A stretch of 64,000 bases of DNA, from the NCBI GenBank assembly GCA_963850305.1, contig CAWKKR010000001.1:352001-416000 (forward strand), written 5' to 3'. The position numbers and the translations under genes are program-made. Under the pieces are notes generated by a model. The model saw only the letters and a program-made list of their open reading frames with translations, was not told the origin of the DNA and did not search any database. Within the stretch, counting starts at the first letter, position 1. Every line of letters begins with the position of its first letter. The stretch is from an uncultured delta proteobacterium (lineage in GTDB: Bacteria; Myxococcota_A; Polyangia; Polyangiales; Polyangiaceae). Of this stretch, positions 31,935-41,878 are shown piece by piece.

Positions 31935-34126
31935 CGTTCCTTCTCCAGATGGAACGCGAAAACGCGTACGTGATCCCAGCCAACGACGAGCACTTCGTTC
32001 GCGAGATCCGACGCGATCGACGCCGCCGCGGCCGCGATCGTGCTCCCACCGACCCCATCGTGCCACCCGGACGTGCTCGCGACGTTGCGAATCTCCGCCC
32101 TGCCCCATCCGGATCTTTCGAACAAAGAAGCGAGCCAGTCCGGCTCGCGAGCTGTGACGATCAGGGCGCGCGCGAAGGATCGCGGCGGCTCGAATGCTGC
32201 CTCGTTCACGCTTCCCGTCGGGATCTCGTATTTGCGCCGAACAGCCGCGAGCACACTTGCGCCGCGCTTTTCCGCCGCACTCCTCGACTCCACGATGACG
32301 AACGAAGACCCCTCCGATCGCGGCCCCGTACCCGTCGATTCACAGATGGAGGACAGCACGCTGTCCACCAGTGAATCGTAACTCTCGGCCCCACCCGCGA
32401 CTATTCCCCTGGCTTGACCGGTGGCGACCAGATCGCACGCGAGCGCGATGGCGGCCTCGGCACTGGCTCCGATGCTGCTCGTGGAGAGTATCGGCCCGGT
32501 GAGCCCGAGGTAAATGGATGCATTCCCCGACGCCGCGGACGGGACGAGATGCGGGAACTCCGCAGGTGCGGCACGCCGCGGCCCCTTTTCTGCAACGGTC
32601 CGGAGGAACGTCACGGTCCGCTCGACAGCACCGAAAGCCGACCCTGTGACCAGTCCAACTCCATCCGCCGAAAGCGCGGCGGTCGACAGTGCGGCCGAAG
32701 CCCCGGCGACGACGAGCGCAGCATGCCGATCAAAGCGACGTGAGCGACGTGGGTCGAGGAGTTCGAGCGGAAGAAACGGGAGGCGCAGTGGCGGCGGTTC
32801 GGATGCTGCCTCCAGCGCGAAAGCGCAGTTCTTGCCCAACACGACGCCAGACCGGCAGATGTTCGAGGCACCGGTAATAACGAGCTCGTGGAGTTCGTGT
32901 CCTGCGGCGGTCCGCGGAGCCGCGTCGGCCTGCTCGAACACGAGCACGGCTCCTGAACCTCCGAAGCCGAAGACGTTCGATACTGCGACCCTGAGCCTGG
33001 CGGGGCGACCCTCACCGATCACGTGATGAAGTCGGCACGCCTCGTCCGCTTCGACGAGTCCACCCGTCGGCGGCGCGATCTGTCGGGCCAGCGCGAGCAC
33101 CGTGATCCCGGCCTCGATGGCGCCGGCGGCGCCCAGAGTGTGCCCAAGCTGTCCCTTCGACGACGATACGAGCACGCGCATCGCGTGCCCCCCGAAGGCG
33201 TGCTGAATCGCCCGTGCTTCGACCATGTCGTTCGAACGGGTCCCGGTTCCGTGGGCATTGATGTAGTCGACTTCGGTCGCGGGAGTGCACGCTCGCTCGA
33301 GCGCAGTGCCGAGCAAAGCCGCCGGGCCGCGCCCGGAAGGTTCGGGTTGCGTGATGTGATGCGCCTCAGCCCCCACGGCGCAGCCGGTGAGCCAGGCGAT
33401 CACGGTCGCTCCGCGGTTCATGACCGAGTGCTCCGTCTCGAGCAGCAGAAAGCCGGCCCCTTCGCCGAGAGTCAGCCCTGCTCGCGCACGATCGAACGGT
33501 CGACACGGCGTGAGATCGGTGGCACCCAGCGCGTTGAACCCTGTGAGGGTCAGACGACAGAGTGCATCCGTACCTCCTGCGAGTACGGCGTCGACGGCGC
33601 CAGCTCGGAGCCACGCGGCCCCCTCGATGATGGCGCACGCACCGCTCGAGCAGGCACTACAGATCGTGGCCGATCGTTCGACTGGCGCCAGCGCTTCGAC
33701 CAGACGCGCTACGGTGCTGCTGATCGGGTACGAGATCAGTTGCTTTACCGCCGTGGCCGCTGTCGGGTCCAAGTGGGATACCCCAAGCAACTCCTCTGCT
33801 TCGAACATGCCAGCAGTCGTGACGCCCACGGCGATACCGAGACGGATGGAAAGACCGGGCCGGCGAGCATTTCCCAATGCTTCTCGCGCAGCTGCGAGCG
33901 CCAGCGCGTCGGATCTGGACCACGAGGCGCCGCGAGGCGTCACGTCCTCAGCGCGAAAGCCGCGGACCTCGGCAGCGAACGACACCCGTTGCCCGAGCGT
34001 CTCGAACAAGGATATTTCCGAAAAGGCGCGCTCGCCGCGCACGAGGCCGTCGAAGGTGCTTTTCGCGTCCGAGCCAAGTCCGCTCACGAGGCCGACTCCC
34101 GTGACCGCGATGCGTCCGCCGTTCAT
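31931..34126 (-). CDS. Beta-ketoacyl synthase (FabF-like) fused to CLF-like domain
   Basis: SACSSG, NAHGTGT, KGQLGHTLG, FGFGG; second half (EFPHLVPSAASG...IGASA) lacks the Cys. Confidence 0.88.
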   Translation of the reverse strand: MNGGRIAVTGVGLVSGLGSDAKSTFDGLVRGERAFSEISLFETLGQRVSFAAEVRGFRAEDVTPRGASWSRSDALALAAAREALGNARRPGLSIRLGIAVGVTTAGMFEAEELLGVSHLDPTAATAVKQLISYPISSTVARLVEALAPVERSATICSACSSGACAIIEGAAWLRAGAVDAVLAGGTDALCRLTLTGFNALGATDLTPCRPFDRARAGLTLGEGAGFLLLETEHSVMNRGATVIAWLTGCAVGAEAHHITQPEPSGRGPAALLGTALERACTPATEVDYINAHGTGTRSNDMVEARAIQHAFGGHAMRVLVSSSKGQLGHTLGAAGAIEAGITVLALARQIAPPTGGLVEADEACRLHHVIGEGRPARLRVAVSNVFGFGGSGAVLVFEQADAAPRTAAGHELHELVITGASNICRSGVVLGKNCAFALEAASEPPPLRLPFLPLELLDPRRSRRFDRHAALVVAGASAALSTAALSADGVGLVTGSAFGAVERTVTFLRTVAEKGPRRAAPAEFPHLVPSAASGNASIYLGLTGPILSTSSIGASAEAAIALACDLVATGQARGIVAGGAESYDSLVDSVLSSICESTGTGPRSEGSSFVIVESRSAAEKRGASVLAAVRRKYEIPTGSVNEAAFEPPRSFARALIVTAREPDWLASLFERSGWGRAEIRNVASTSGWHDGVGGSTIAAAAASIASDLANEVLVVGWDHVRVFAFHLEKER

Positions 34127-34389
34127 CCAGATGACCGCGCGCGGAAAACATAGTCGGCGAGCGTTGACACCGACACGAAGATGGCCTTGGCACGCTCATC
34201 ATCGGGGATTGCAACGTCAAAGTGCTCTTCGACCGCGACGGCGAGTTGCAGGGCATCAAGAGAATCCAGGCCAAGACCGTCGCCAAAGAGCGGGGTCTCA
34301 TCGCCGATGGCCGCCGCCGAACGGTCCCGGAGATCCAGCTCGCCCACGATGAGCTGCTTCAATTCCAGCTTTAGGCCTTCCCGGTCCAT
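34123..34389 (-). CDS. Acyl carrier protein
   Basis: LFGDGLGLDSLDAL phosphopantetheine motif; ATGA overlap with KS. Confidence 0.92.
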   Translation of the reverse strand: MDREGLKLELKQLIVGELDLRDRSAAAIGDETPLFGDGLGLDSLDALQLAVAVEEHFDVAIPDDERAKAIFVSVSTLADYVFRARSSG

Positions 34390-34414
34390 GGAACGACGCG
34401 AGACCCCGCGGACC

Positions 34415-35431
34415 TCAAATACCGACTTTCCGCCGGATCGCATCGACGATGTCGAGGTCTCTCACGCCGTCGGCCTCCGCCCGATATCCGAGCACGAATC
34501 GATGTCGAAGCGCGGGCAGCATGATTGCCGCGACATCGTCCAGATCCGCGGCCGCCTCACCGCGGAGCGCCGCACGCGCCTTCGAGGACAGCACGAGTGC
34601 CTGGCTCCCGCGTGGACCGGCGCCGAATCGCACATAACGACGCACCTCCTCGGGCGCGTCCTCGGCGGTGGGACGAGAAACGCGTGCAATCCTGACAGCG
34701 AGTTCGACGGCCTGATCGGTGACGGGAATTCTGGGCACCAGATTCGCGAACGAATGAAGCTCTGCGGCAGTAACGACGGGCTCCAGTCTTTCCTCACGCC
34801 CCGACGTCGTTCGCCGCACTATCTCACGCTCCTCTGTTTCTGAGGGATAGTCCACGTGAATCTCGAGCAAGAATCTATCGAGCTGCGCCTCTGGTAGCGG
34901 ATACGTCCCTTCTTGCTCTATTGGATTTCGCGTGGCGAACACCTGGAACGGGTCTGGCAATCGATGCGTCGAGCCCCCTACGGTCACGCACCGCTCCTGC
35001 ATTGCCTGCAGGAGCGCTGCCTGGGTCTTCGGCGGCGTTCGGTTGATCTCGTCTGCGAGGATCAAGTTTTCGAAAATCGGGCCCGCCATGAAGCGAAGCT
35101 CCCGGCGAATTGTCGCGCCGCTTTCGACTTCGTTCAATACATCCGTCCCCGTGATGTCCGCCGGCAACAGATCCGGAGTGAATTGCACGCGCCCGAACGT
35201 GAGCCCCAGCGAATCGGCAACGGACGCCACGAGTAACGTCTTCGCCAGCCCGGGAACACCGACGAGCAGCGCGTGCCCGCGCGCCAAGAGCGTGATCAGC
35301 ATGGCGTCGACCACGTCTTCTTGCCCAACGACCACCTGTGCAACTCGCGCCTTCAACCGGTTGCACGCGGCCGCACATCGGTCGAGCAACTCGGCGGGTC
35401 GAAGCGAGGTTTCCAGAACGGGGGCGGTCAC
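34415..35431 (-). CDS. MoxR family AAA+ ATPase
   Basis: [50 protein letters not shown]. Confidence 0.93.
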   Translation of the reverse strand: MTAPVLETSLRPAELLDRCAAACNRLKARVAQVVVGQEDVVDAMLITLLARGHALLVGVPGLAKTLLVASVADSLGLTFGRVQFTPDLLPADITGTDVLNEVESGATIRRELRFMAGPIFENLILADEINRTPPKTQAALLQAMQERCVTVGGSTHRLPDPFQVFATRNPIEQEGTYPLPEAQLDRFLLEIHVDYPSETEEREIVRRTTSGREERLEPVVTAAELHSFANLVPRIPVTDQAVELAVRIARVSRPTAEDAPEEVRRYVRFGAGPRGSQALVLSSKARAALRGEAAADLDDVAAIMLPALRHRFVLGYRAEADGVRDLDIVDAIRRKVGI

Positions 35432-35597
35432 GCGCGGGGGGAGCCGGGCGTTCGGCGCCCAAGGCGGCGGCAGCCTAGCACTAACGAGTGCGCTGCGCGT
35501 TCCAGGATGGAGGAGGCGACGCTTCGTTTGTCCCGACAAATATTTGTTTGAATCGAAACGCTTGGCGCTCGCGCGCCGAGCCGTGTAAGCGGACGCT

Positions 35598-35786
35598 GTG
35601 CACCCTGCCTCCACGACGCCGACCGCCACGAGCGCGGGGGTTACGGTTCTCGCTCGACCGCCACCTGGCCTGGCGCGAGGCAAGTACGCCGTTTCGGCCT
35701 GGGTGGTCACGCTACTCGGGGCGTCAATCGTCTCCATTGGCTCGCTTTTTGTCGTCAGACGGTTCTTCCGCCGACCCCAACAATGA
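35598..35786 (+). CDS. Small single-TM protein
   Basis: Hydrophobic helix followed by RRFFRR; stop overlaps next ATG (ATGA). Confidence 0.5.
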   Translation: MHPASTTPTATSAGVTVLARPPPGLARGKYAVSAWVVTLLGASIVSIGSLFVVRRFFRRPQQ

Positions 35787-36772
35787 CCGGCCACCTTCGC
35801 AAGTTCGTCGCGGCGTTGCTCCTCGGCGTGATCCTCTACGGGGTCATGTTCGCCTACACGGGTTTTCGCGAGATCGGCGACAGCATCGGATCTTTTCACG
35901 CGATCGCCTTCGTCATTGCGGTCGCTCTTGCCAGCACAAACTACCTCCTTCGATTTCTGCGATGGCAATACTACCTGCGACTTCTCGACATCCGCTCGGT
36001 CGAACGCAGTGACAGTCTGCTCGTGTTCTTGTCAGGCTTCGTCCTGACGATGACGCCGGGGAAGGTGGGCGAAGTCTTCAAGAGCGCGGTCCTCAGGCAG
36101 ACTCACGACGTCCCCGTCGCACGCACGGCACCGATTGTCGTAGCTGAACGACTCTCGGATCTCATCGGGGTCGTGTTCCTCATCGCGTGCGGGAGCGCCG
36201 GGTTCCGTTCGGGGCTGCCCTGGGCCCTCGCGGGTTCCGCCGCCGTCCTCACGGGGCTGGTCTTGATTCTCTGGGAGAGCCCCTCGGACGCACTGCTCTC
36301 GTGGATGGACTCGCACGCGCGTCTCGGTCACTTCGCGCCGAAGATCCGGGAGGCCATAGGAAGCCTTCGCCTGCTGGCCAGCCCGTCCAGGCTCGTCATC
36401 CCGATGGCTCTCTCTATCTTCGCCTGGGCCTGCGAGGGGCTCGCACTCTGGGTGATTCTGCGCGGCTTCGATACGACGGCACCGATCCTCCTCTCCGTAT
36501 TCTTCTACGAGACCGCCTCGCTTGCAGGAGCGCTGATCCCGGTTCCTGGGGGTCTCGGCGTCGTGGAGGGCATGCTGCGCGAACAACTCGTGCGACTGGG
36601 TGGGGTGCTACCGGGTATCGCAACGTCTAGCATGTTCCTCGTGCGCCTAGCGACGCTCTGGTGGGCCGTCGCGGTCGGGTTTCTCGCGCTCGCGTTGCTG
36701 CGCCGCCGTTACCCGGTGCTCCTCCGGGGGATCGCTGACTCGTCGACTGTTGAACTTCCCCCCATCGGGTAG
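35783..36772 (+). CDS. Lysylphosphatidylglycerol synthase TM / UPF0104 flippase-like protein
   Basis: [26 protein letters not shown]; multiple TM. Confidence 0.85.
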   Translation: MTGHLRKFVAALLLGVILYGVMFAYTGFREIGDSIGSFHAIAFVIAVALASTNYLLRFLRWQYYLRLLDIRSVERSDSLLVFLSGFVLTMTPGKVGEVFKSAVLRQTHDVPVARTAPIVVAERLSDLIGVVFLIACGSAGFRSGLPWALAGSAAVLTGLVLILWESPSDALLSWMDSHARLGHFAPKIREAIGSLRLLASPSRLVIPMALSIFAWACEGLALWVILRGFDTTAPILLSVFFYETASLAGALIPVPGGLGVVEGMLREQLVRLGGVLPGIATSSMFLVRLATLWWAVAVGFLALALLRRRYPVLLRGIADSSTVELPPIG

Positions 36773-36795
36773 GCCCGGCGGAGCATTGCGATCGG

Positions 36796-37737
36796 TCACT
36801 CGACACGCAGCCGAGCCAGAGCACGCGTGAAATCCTCGGGCAAGGGCGACTCGAACCGCAACCTCTCGCCGGTGATCGGGTGCACGAATCCGAGCACCGC
36901 CGCATGAAGGGCCTGGCGACCCATCCCGGTTGCGATGTCCGCGAGCACCGGATCCTTCGGGACTCGACCGTAGAGCCCATCCGCGAGAATCGGCGTCTGA
37001 CTCTGTTCCGCGAGGTGAACGCGAATCTGGTGCGTTCGCCCCGTCTCGAGCCGACAGATCACCAGTGCGCCACGCCTCTCGGCGAAGGCTTCTTCGACCG
37101 AGACGTAGGTGATGGCGCGCCGTCCTTCGGTGGTCCTACTCGTGAAGCGCAGTCGCGACGCGCGATCGCGGCCGTATAGCGTGTCGATTCGCCGCGGAAG
37201 GGGAACGCCGAGCGTGAGAGCGCGATAAACTCGCTCGACGGTATGCTCCGACAGCTGTGCCTTTAGCCCCTCGCGTGCGAGTTCGCTCTTGGCGACGACA
37301 AGGACACCACTGGTGTCTTTGTCGATCCGATGGACGATACCTGGCCGCTGGTGCCCGATGGGGTCGCGCGCGTCGGACGGGAGCCTCTCGAAGCCGGGGC
37401 GCGCCAGAAGACCCGCTACCAGCGTCTTCGTCCAGTGTCCCCGGCCGGGATGAACGACGACGCCTGCCGGCTTGTCCACAACGATCAGATCCGCATCCTC
37501 GTGGATGACGCCGAAGGGGACGGATTCGTCCGGCTCGACTTCGCTAGGGGGAGCTCCGCCGGGCTGGATGTCCACCACGCTACCGGGCCCAACCTCGTCG
37601 CGCGGACGACAGCAAGCGCCGTCGATCTGAACCCGTCCTTCGGTTATCCAGCGTTGCGCTACCGCGCGCGATACGCCCTCCATGAGACGTGGGACGACCT
37701 TGTCGATTCGATCGAAGTCCAGATCTGGCCCAATCAC
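36796..37737 (-). CDS. rluD: RluA-family pseudouridine synthase (RluD-like)
   Basis: S4 domain, RPGIVHRIDKDTSG, TGRTHQIRVH, QALHA. Confidence 0.9.
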   Translation of the reverse strand: MIGPDLDFDRIDKVVPRLMEGVSRAVAQRWITEGRVQIDGACCRPRDEVGPGSVVDIQPGGAPPSEVEPDESVPFGVIHEDADLIVVDKPAGVVVHPGRGHWTKTLVAGLLARPGFERLPSDARDPIGHQRPGIVHRIDKDTSGVLVVAKSELAREGLKAQLSEHTVERVYRALTLGVPLPRRIDTLYGRDRASRLRFTSRTTEGRRAITYVSVEEAFAERRGALVICRLETGRTHQIRVHLAEQSQTPILADGLYGRVPKDPVLADIATGMGRQALHAAVLGFVHPITGERLRFESPLPEDFTRALARLRVE

Positions 37738-37787
37738 GAATCGAACAGCCCGGGCTGCCGCCCGCGCCGGGAACGTGTCTACAGGCT

Positions 37788-38051
37788 TTACCAGAGCTTG
37801 CTCTTGATATGAGCCTTCGATCTCACGAGGATGTCGACTAGCGCGCGATCGTAGAAGTTTCTCTGGTAGAGTTGCGGCGCGACTCTGCTCTTGTAGAGCG
37901 CACGTCCCTCTTCGATTTCTTCCGTAAGCTCGGTGAACAAGTTGTCTTGCTCGATTCCTCGCACGATCTTTTCTTCGTTGTAGAGCGAGAGGTCGCTGGC
38001 GATGGCCCTCGCCAAACGGCGGGCAGCCTCTTCGGTCTCAATGAGGGGCAT
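37788..38051 (-). CDS. romX: RomX-like polarity protein
   Basis: RLARAIASDLSLYNEEKI..GIEQDNLF...RSKAHIKSKLW resembles Myxococcus RomX as I recall it; AAGGAG RBS. Confidence 0.7.
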   Translation of the reverse strand: MPLIETEEAARRLARAIASDLSLYNEEKIVRGIEQDNLFTELTEEIEEGRALYKSRVAPQLYQRNFYDRALVDILVRSKAHIKSKLW

Positions 38052-39471
38052 CAAGTACTCCTTGGAGGGACGCAGTATCTCCCGCAGGGTCAGGTCGTGT
38101 CAAAACCGTGCCGGCCAGAGCAGCCAGGGCGGGAAAACACACGAGAGAATACCGTCCTGCACCAAAAAAGACCGCGTGCGTCGCCACCGTTGCGAGCACC
38201 GTGCCCGCCGCCAGCCCTATGGACGGACGCTCCACGAGCCGACGGCCGAGGAGCGCAGCGCCGATGATCAGCCCGACGTAGCCGACCCACGCGAACCTGA
38301 CGAATAGAGTCATCGCGGAAAGCGCAGACGTTGCACGACGGACGCGCAGAAATGGACCCGACGCGCCCCAGATGGCTCCAAGGGCCGCAATAACAATGAG
38401 GCGCTGCCAAACCGTTTCGACCACGCCGAGAACTGTCTTGTCACGGTCGTCGAAAGCGCGCGGGTTCGACGAATGCAGGTACCAGCCCGCTGCGCCCGCG
38501 TAGTCGAACGTTGCCGCAAGTTTCCTCGGAACGAGCGTCAGGAACCGGGCAGGATCGTGCCGAATAGCCCGGATGCCCGCACGCTCGAAGCAGGCGTCCT
38601 TCTCTGCTTCTCCCCAGACCTTCGCACATTCACGAGGCACACCGAGCGCATCGAGTGCAACCCAGCCCCCGGTAGCTCCGGGGGCCGCCCCGATTAACAG
38701 GTTCCACCCCGCGTTCGCACTGAGTACGCACGACTTCATTCGTTCGCAATTCCGGAGTGTCCAGGGAAGGCATACGGCGACCGAGACCGCGAGTGCGACG
38801 CCAGCGAAAGTTACGCGGGCGCGCGTTCCTCGTCGAACACCGAACGCTCCGTAGATCGGCGCAAGAATCAGGGACTGCGGGCGTATCAGCGTCGCGGTGC
38901 CGATGACGAAACCGAGAGCCGCAGCGGCGCCCAAGAAGGGCCGCTGGGCGGAGTTTGCACGAACGGCCATCAGCGCAGCTACTGCTAGCAGGGCGGCGGT
39001 AACTCCTTCCGTCATGATGGCAGGCGTGTAAAAGACGAGCCCGGGATGGAGCGCGATCGCCAGCGCGGCGACAATGGCACCCACACGGCTTGCTTCCGTT
39101 GCGGCTACCTGATGAACAGCATACGCTGCTGCCGCGCCGAACACGGCCTGCAGCGCCATGATCGCACCTGGATGCACGCCGACGATCCGATAAACTGCAC
39201 TCATCAGCGCCGGGTATCCGATCGGATAGTGAGCTGCATAAGTGACCACCCCGTCGGGCCATGCCCAAGTGTATCCGGCGCCCGCCGCGATTCGCGTGGC
39301 GAGGACCTGGAAGTAGTGTCCGTCATTCGCCGGCGGGAAACGAGACGCCGCCCAGATCGCCACCAAACTGCGAACCGCGAGCGCAAGCGCGGCAACGACC
39401 GCGCCATCCGCGCGGCGAGGGCCCGATACTGGAGCGGGAACCTCATCAATTGTGGCGACGACGCCCGTCAC
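38038..39471 (-). CDS. GT-C (family 39/PMT-like) membrane glycosyltransferase
   Basis: NDGHYF, PIGYPAL, IMTE, LIRPQ, PWTLRN; multi-TM. Confidence 0.78.
   Translation of the reverse strand: MTGVVATIDEVPAPVSGPRRADGAVVAALALAVRSLVAIWAASRFPPANDGHYFQVLATRIAAGAGYTWAWPDGVVTYAAHYPIGYPALMSAVYRIVGVHPGAIMALQAVFGAAAAYAVHQVAATEASRVGAIVAALAIALHPGLVFYTPAIMTEGVTAALLAVAALMAVRANSAQRPFLGAAAALGFVIGTATLIRPQSLILAPIYGAFGVRRGTRARVTFAGVALAVSVAVCLPWTLRNCERMKSCVLSANAGWNLLIGAAPGATGGWVALDALGVPRECAKVWGEAEKDACFERAGIRAIRHDPARFLTLVPRKLAATFDYAGAAGWYLHSSNPRAFDDRDKTVLGVVETVWQRLIVIAALGAIWGASGPFLRVRRATSALSAMTLFVRFAWVGYVGLIIGAALLGRRLVERPSIGLAAGTVLATVATHAVFFGAGRYSLVCFPALAALAGTVLTRPDPAGDTASLQGVLDAPH
38074..38103 (-). promoter_or_regulatory. 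Internal sigma70-type promoter for romX-rluD
   Basis: TTGACA (38103-38098), 18 bp, GATACT (38079-38074). Confidence 0.55.
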
Positions 39472-39484
39472 GATTTCCTGCCCC

Positions 39485-40123
39485 TCAAGAACTGTGGGAA
39501 GTCGGCGCGTCCATGGGAAATCGATCGATGAGCCCGACACCGATGAGATCCCGTACGACCTCGCACGCGGGTAGGCCCACCACGTTCGAGAATGAGCCCT
39601 CGATTCTCTCGATGAGAAACGCGCCGAGCCCTTGCGCCGCGTACGCGCCTGCCTTGTCGAGTCCCTCACCGGTGGCCGCGTAGCGCGCCAGCGCCTCAGA
39701 TCCGGCACCGCGCATGGTGACTCGAGTCTCGACTGTTCGTTCCAGTTTGGGCGTCCACGGATCCGTACCGAGCGAGATGGCGTAGCGAGTTCGAACGATG
39801 TGTGTGCGTCCAGCGAGACGGCCGAGCAAGCGACGGGCGTCCGCGACGTCGCGCGGCTTCCCGAGCACATGGTCATCCACGACCACGATCGTGTCCGCCA
39901 CGAGAATTCCCGGCGCGCTGCCGCCCACCAGTCGCTCCGCAACCGCGGCAAGTTTCTCGTGAACAACGCGTTCCAGATATCGCTCGTGACCCTCGTCCGT
40001 CCCCTTCGACTCGTCCACGTCCCCGGCCACTACTCGGATGGGCACACCCAGGGACGTGAGGATCTCTCGTCGACGAGGTGATGCCGAGCCGAGAACCAGC
40101 GGGTTCGATTCGGATGCTGTCAT
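39485..40123 (-). CDS. maf: Maf nucleoside triphosphate pyrophosphatase
   Basis: LGSASPRRREIL, ADTIV, DKAGAY, NVVGLP. Confidence 0.93.
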   Translation of the reverse strand: MTASESNPLVLGSASPRRREILTSLGVPIRVVAGDVDESKGTDEGHERYLERVVHEKLAAVAERLVGGSAPGILVADTIVVVDDHVLGKPRDVADARRLLGRLAGRTHIVRTRYAISLGTDPWTPKLERTVETRVTMRGAGSEALARYAATGEGLDKAGAYAAQGLGAFLIERIEGSFSNVVGLPACEVVRDLIGVGLIDRFPMDAPTSHSS

Positions 40124-40198
40124 GACAAATGTCGGTCACCCGCGACAATGGGACCGAACCGAACGGGTTGGCAAGTGATAGACTCACCGTCCTCGCGG

Positions 40199-41239
40199 AT
40201 GTGGCCCAGGAGCCGTGCTCTCTTTCTCTCGGGCCTGATCGGGCTAGCGCTCTACGCGCCCGTCGCATACGGCGCAAATTGCACACCGCCAACGCGAGAG
40301 TCGACGTGCTTCGAGGCCGATCCTCTCTGGATGACGGCATCCCCAGGGCCGTTCGTCGGGGTCACGGCGGCGCGAACGAGGGCGGCTGGGGCCTGGGCCG
40401 TCGAAATCGGCTCGAGCTATCTCACGCGACCCGTCGTCCTCATGACGGATTCGTCCGACCCCGACGGTCGAGAGGTGCGTGTCGTTGACTCCATTTGGGA
40501 CGCGACCCTGTCCGCCTCGTATTCGCCCGTCGAGCGATTGGAACTCTCGGGGAGCATCCCTTTCGCCGTCATTCGCACGGGCACGGGGCTGACCGGCGTG
40601 ACGTCCTCCAGCGGGCCGCCGCCACCCAGCACCGCGTTGGGCGACGTGCGGCTCGGCGCTGCCTATGAACTCCTCGCTCGGCGTTCGACGAGTGGGACGA
40701 CGGTCGGCGTCGTCTCCCGCCTAGATGCCGCGCTACCCACGGGTGCTTCGTCATCGTTCGACGGTCAGCGTGGACCCGTCCTCGCCCCGGGTTTCGGAAT
40801 GGACCTGACTCTGGGTCGATTCTACGCGGCGGCGAACGAAAGCCTTCGCCTTCGCGAGCCCGTCGAGATCGCGGGTTCGTCCCTCGGAACCCAGTTCGTG
40901 TCGGCACTTGGCTTCGACGTAGAGGTTCTGCAGCATCGATTGCTCGGAATCGCGCTCGAGGCGTGGCTTATGCCATCCCTCGTTCCACAGTCGTCCGTGT
41001 TGGCGGACGGTGCTCGCATCACCTCCGGCTCGCTCGTACCCGCCGAGTGGATGGCCTCGGTCCACACAGGGCTCGGACCCCTCACCTTGGTGCTCGGAGG
41101 CGGCGGTGGCGTTCCATTGTCGGACCAAACGGCGGAAAAATCCGACGGAACGAGATCGACGGACCACTTTGCGGCAGTGACGAGTCCGGCGTTCCGCTTC
41201 ACTCTGGCCGTCCGCTACGACGCCCCCCTCGCGCGCTGA
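40199..41239 (+). CDS. Outer-membrane beta-barrel protein
   Basis: Signal peptide; LGDVRLGA, LPTG, terminal FTLAVRY strand. Confidence 0.65.
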   Translation: MWPRSRALFLSGLIGLALYAPVAYGANCTPPTRESTCFEADPLWMTASPGPFVGVTAARTRAAGAWAVEIGSSYLTRPVVLMTDSSDPDGREVRVVDSIWDATLSASYSPVERLELSGSIPFAVIRTGTGLTGVTSSSGPPPPSTALGDVRLGAAYELLARRSTSGTTVGVVSRLDAALPTGASSSFDGQRGPVLAPGFGMDLTLGRFYAAANESLRLREPVEIAGSSLGTQFVSALGFDVEVLQHRLLGIALEAWLMPSLVPQSSVLADGARITSGSLVPAEWMASVHTGLGPLTLVLGGGGGVPLSDQTAEKSDGTRSTDHFAAVTSPAFRFTLAVRYDAPLAR

Positions 41240-41276
41240 TCGCGCGGGTAATCCTGACGCCGTCAGGGAATGCCGA

Positions 41277-41873
41277 TCAGAAGACGCGCTCGTGCACGTA
41301 AATCTGGTCGCCGGCCTGGAGCGGAATGTCGGGAGAACGGCCGTCGATGATCGCGTCCACGCTCAGCATCACCGTCTCCGCTCCGTTCTTCGTCTTCCGG
41401 GTGAGGTTCACGTGATCACTCTTGGCGATCGCGTTGAAACCGCCGACCATCGAGATCGCCTGAATCAGCGATAGCCCTTGCACGAAAGGGAGATTTCCCG
41501 GCTTCTGAACCTGTCCGAGAATACTCACGTGCTTGCTGTTGTACTCGCGGACCTGCAAAACGATGCTTGGATCCGTCAGAATTTTCTCTTTGATCAGACG
41601 CCGCCGCACGACGGCAACGATCTCCTGCGGCTCCAACCCCTCGACGTGGACTCGGTGCACGTACGGAAGATCCACCGTGCCGTCGGACGCGACTTGAAAG
41701 TCGGTCGGGAGATCTTTCTCTCCCACGATTTGCATCGTGAATACGTCCCCGGCGCCAACCGTAGTGTTCTCCACGGGTGGACTGAGACGAATCCGCGAGT
41801 TGTCCGTCTTGGGCCCGCAGCTCGCTACGGAGACAACCAGAAGCAGCGGAACTGCCCGGAAACGACCACGCAT
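41277..41873 (-). CDS. Short OPX (Wza-like) polysaccharide export lipoprotein
   Basis: VASC lipobox, GAGD, DGTVDLPYV, GQVQKPG (SLBB), LQAGDQIYV; no C-terminal OM helix. Confidence 0.9.
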   Translation of the reverse strand: MRGRFRAVPLLLVVSVASCGPKTDNSRIRLSPPVENTTVGAGDVFTMQIVGEKDLPTDFQVASDGTVDLPYVHRVHVEGLEPQEIVAVVRRRLIKEKILTDPSIVLQVREYNSKHVSILGQVQKPGNLPFVQGLSLIQAISMVGGFNAIAKSDHVNLTRKTKNGAETVMLSVDAIIDGRSPDIPLQAGDQIYVHERVF

Positions 41874-41878
41874 CTCGA

